Shown: positions 63,555 through 64,000 of the stretch, piece after piece
Position numbering within the stretch: position 1 is the first letter of the stretch
Layout: each line of letters starts with the position of its first letter
Assembly (NCBI GenBank): GCA_963677465.1
Contig: OY781976.1
Span: 5,247,678 to 5,311,677 of the forward strand
DNA: 64,000 bases
Reading direction: 5' to 3'
From: an uncultured Desulforhopalus sp.
GTDB lineage: Bacteria; Desulfobacterota; Desulfobulbia; Desulfobulbales; Desulfocapsaceae
Notes under the pieces: generated by a model
The model's input: the letters and a program-made list of their open reading frames with translations, nothing else
Database searches by the model: none
Told to the model about the DNA's origin: nothing
Translations under genes and position numbers: made by a program

Positions 63555-64000
63555 GTGACCACCATTCGAATTGCCCTGTTTCTCATTTGCACCCTGTTTT
63601 TTCTTAAATTTTCCCGGCGGGCTTTAAGCAACTCGAGGACCCACGGTTTTTACCGTTTTTTTGTCTTTGAAGGGATTTTACTTTTAATTTTACTGAACTA
63701 TCCCCACTGGTTCAGGGAACCATTTTCACCACTGCATCTTTTGTCCTGGTCCCTGTTAGTCACCTCGATTTTCTTTATCGTCAATTCTCTCATGATGCTG
63801 AAAAAGAGTGGCGGACATGCTGAACGACAAGAAATGCCGGAGAACCTTTCTTTTGAAAATACTGTCCATGTGGTGGACGTGGGCCTCTACCGTTTTATTC
63901 GACACCCCATGTATAGTTCTCTGCTTTTTCTTGCATGGGGCGCTTTCTTTAAAAATATTACGCCATTAAATAGTGTTCTGGTTGTCTCGGTGACTGGCTT
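63555..64000 (+). CDS. ICMT/PEMT-like membrane methyltransferase (partial; runs off the right edge)
   Basis: This ORF is my own translation and is not in the track. The frame is open from 63549 to the window end. It is polytopic and hydrophobic, with VVDVGLYRFIRHPMYSSLLF (the RHPxY motif of isoprenylcysteine carboxyl / phospholipid methyltransferase families). The start is uncertain; GTG at 63555 is the only candidate near the frame opening. Confidence 0.55.
   Translation, partial: MTTIRIALFLICTLFFLKFSRRALSNSRTHGFYRFFVFEGILLLILLNYPHWFREPFSPLHLLSWSLLVTSIFFIVNSLMMLKKSGGHAERQEMPENLSFENTVHVVDVGLYRFIRHPMYSSLLFLAWGAFFKNITPLNSVLVVSVTG

Noticed and set aside
22151-64000. Calling the region a canonical aryl polyene (APE) cluster.
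   Set aside because: The DH/KR/ACP/KS-CLF/LolA/MMPL/GT/LPLAT core is APE-like. However, I see no ammonia lyase or aryl-starter enzyme. The six radical SAM genes, the CrtI-like enzyme, the DAK2/DegV protein and the lipid A-type enzymes go well beyond the APE repertoire as I remember it. I therefore report it as APE-related but distinct.
1-64000. Scan for CRISPR arrays, rRNA/tRNA genes, IS elements and long tandem repeats.
   Set aside because: Reading by eye, I saw no regularly spaced direct repeats, no tRNA-like cloverleaf candidates in intergenic regions, and no transposase- or integrase-like ORFs. A computational scan (tRNAscan-SE, Infernal/Rfam, CRISPRCasFinder, ISEScan) would be needed to exclude them formally.

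Overview
This 64-kb window looks bacterial. The gene content suggests a Desulfobacterota or Desulfobulbales-type anaerobe, but that is a guess and I cannot verify it. I found no rRNA, tRNA, CRISPR array, transposase or integrase.

The left third (1-22.1 kb) holds ordinary signalling and housekeeping genes:
- a pseudo-receiver/Ser-Thr kinase fusion, a PilZ protein and a metallophosphoesterase
- a SEC-C/PRiA4_ORF3 protein translationally coupled to a PIF1/RecD-like helicase
- an M24 peptidase, a DJ-1/PfpI protein and the potABCD operon
- a BAX-inhibitor-1 homolog, a CvfB-like protein, a GGDEF cyclase and an AIM24-like protein
- YbgA-like and CitE-like proteins and a Sco/PCuAC copper chaperone pair

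From 22.15 kb to the right edge, almost every gene belongs to one very large fatty-acid/polyketide-like lipid assembly, tailoring and envelope-export supercluster:
- 4 ACPs and 4 Cys-His-His ketosynthases, one of them fused to a CLF-like domain
- 1 FabG-type reductase, 3 dehydratases and 2 thioesterases
- 6 radical SAM enzymes (3 of B12-binding type, 1 SPASM-like, 2 tandem paralogs)
- a CrtI-like flavoenzyme and 3 methyltransferases
- an acyl-AMP ligase and a DAK2/DegV protein
- 3 lipid acyltransferases, GT2, GT25, a NodB deacetylase, a PagL-like esterase and a BtrH-like transferase
- an MMPL-methyltransferase fusion, an ABC-2 exporter, a LolA-like protein and a lipoprotein

I could not recognise an enoyl reductase or an ammonia lyase. 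The cluster therefore resembles an aryl-polyene-type core combined with an unusual load of radical SAM enzymes, and its product is unknown. I rank it as the most interesting system in the window.

At 47.2-49.0 kb the cluster is interrupted by a translationally coupled ABC/AAA-type ATPase plus DUF4276 (Toprim-like) gene pair. This pair resembles split OLD/PARIS-type anti-phage modules and is followed by a 600-bp AT-rich non-coding gap.

All calls come from motifs read in the supplied translations. No database search was possible.
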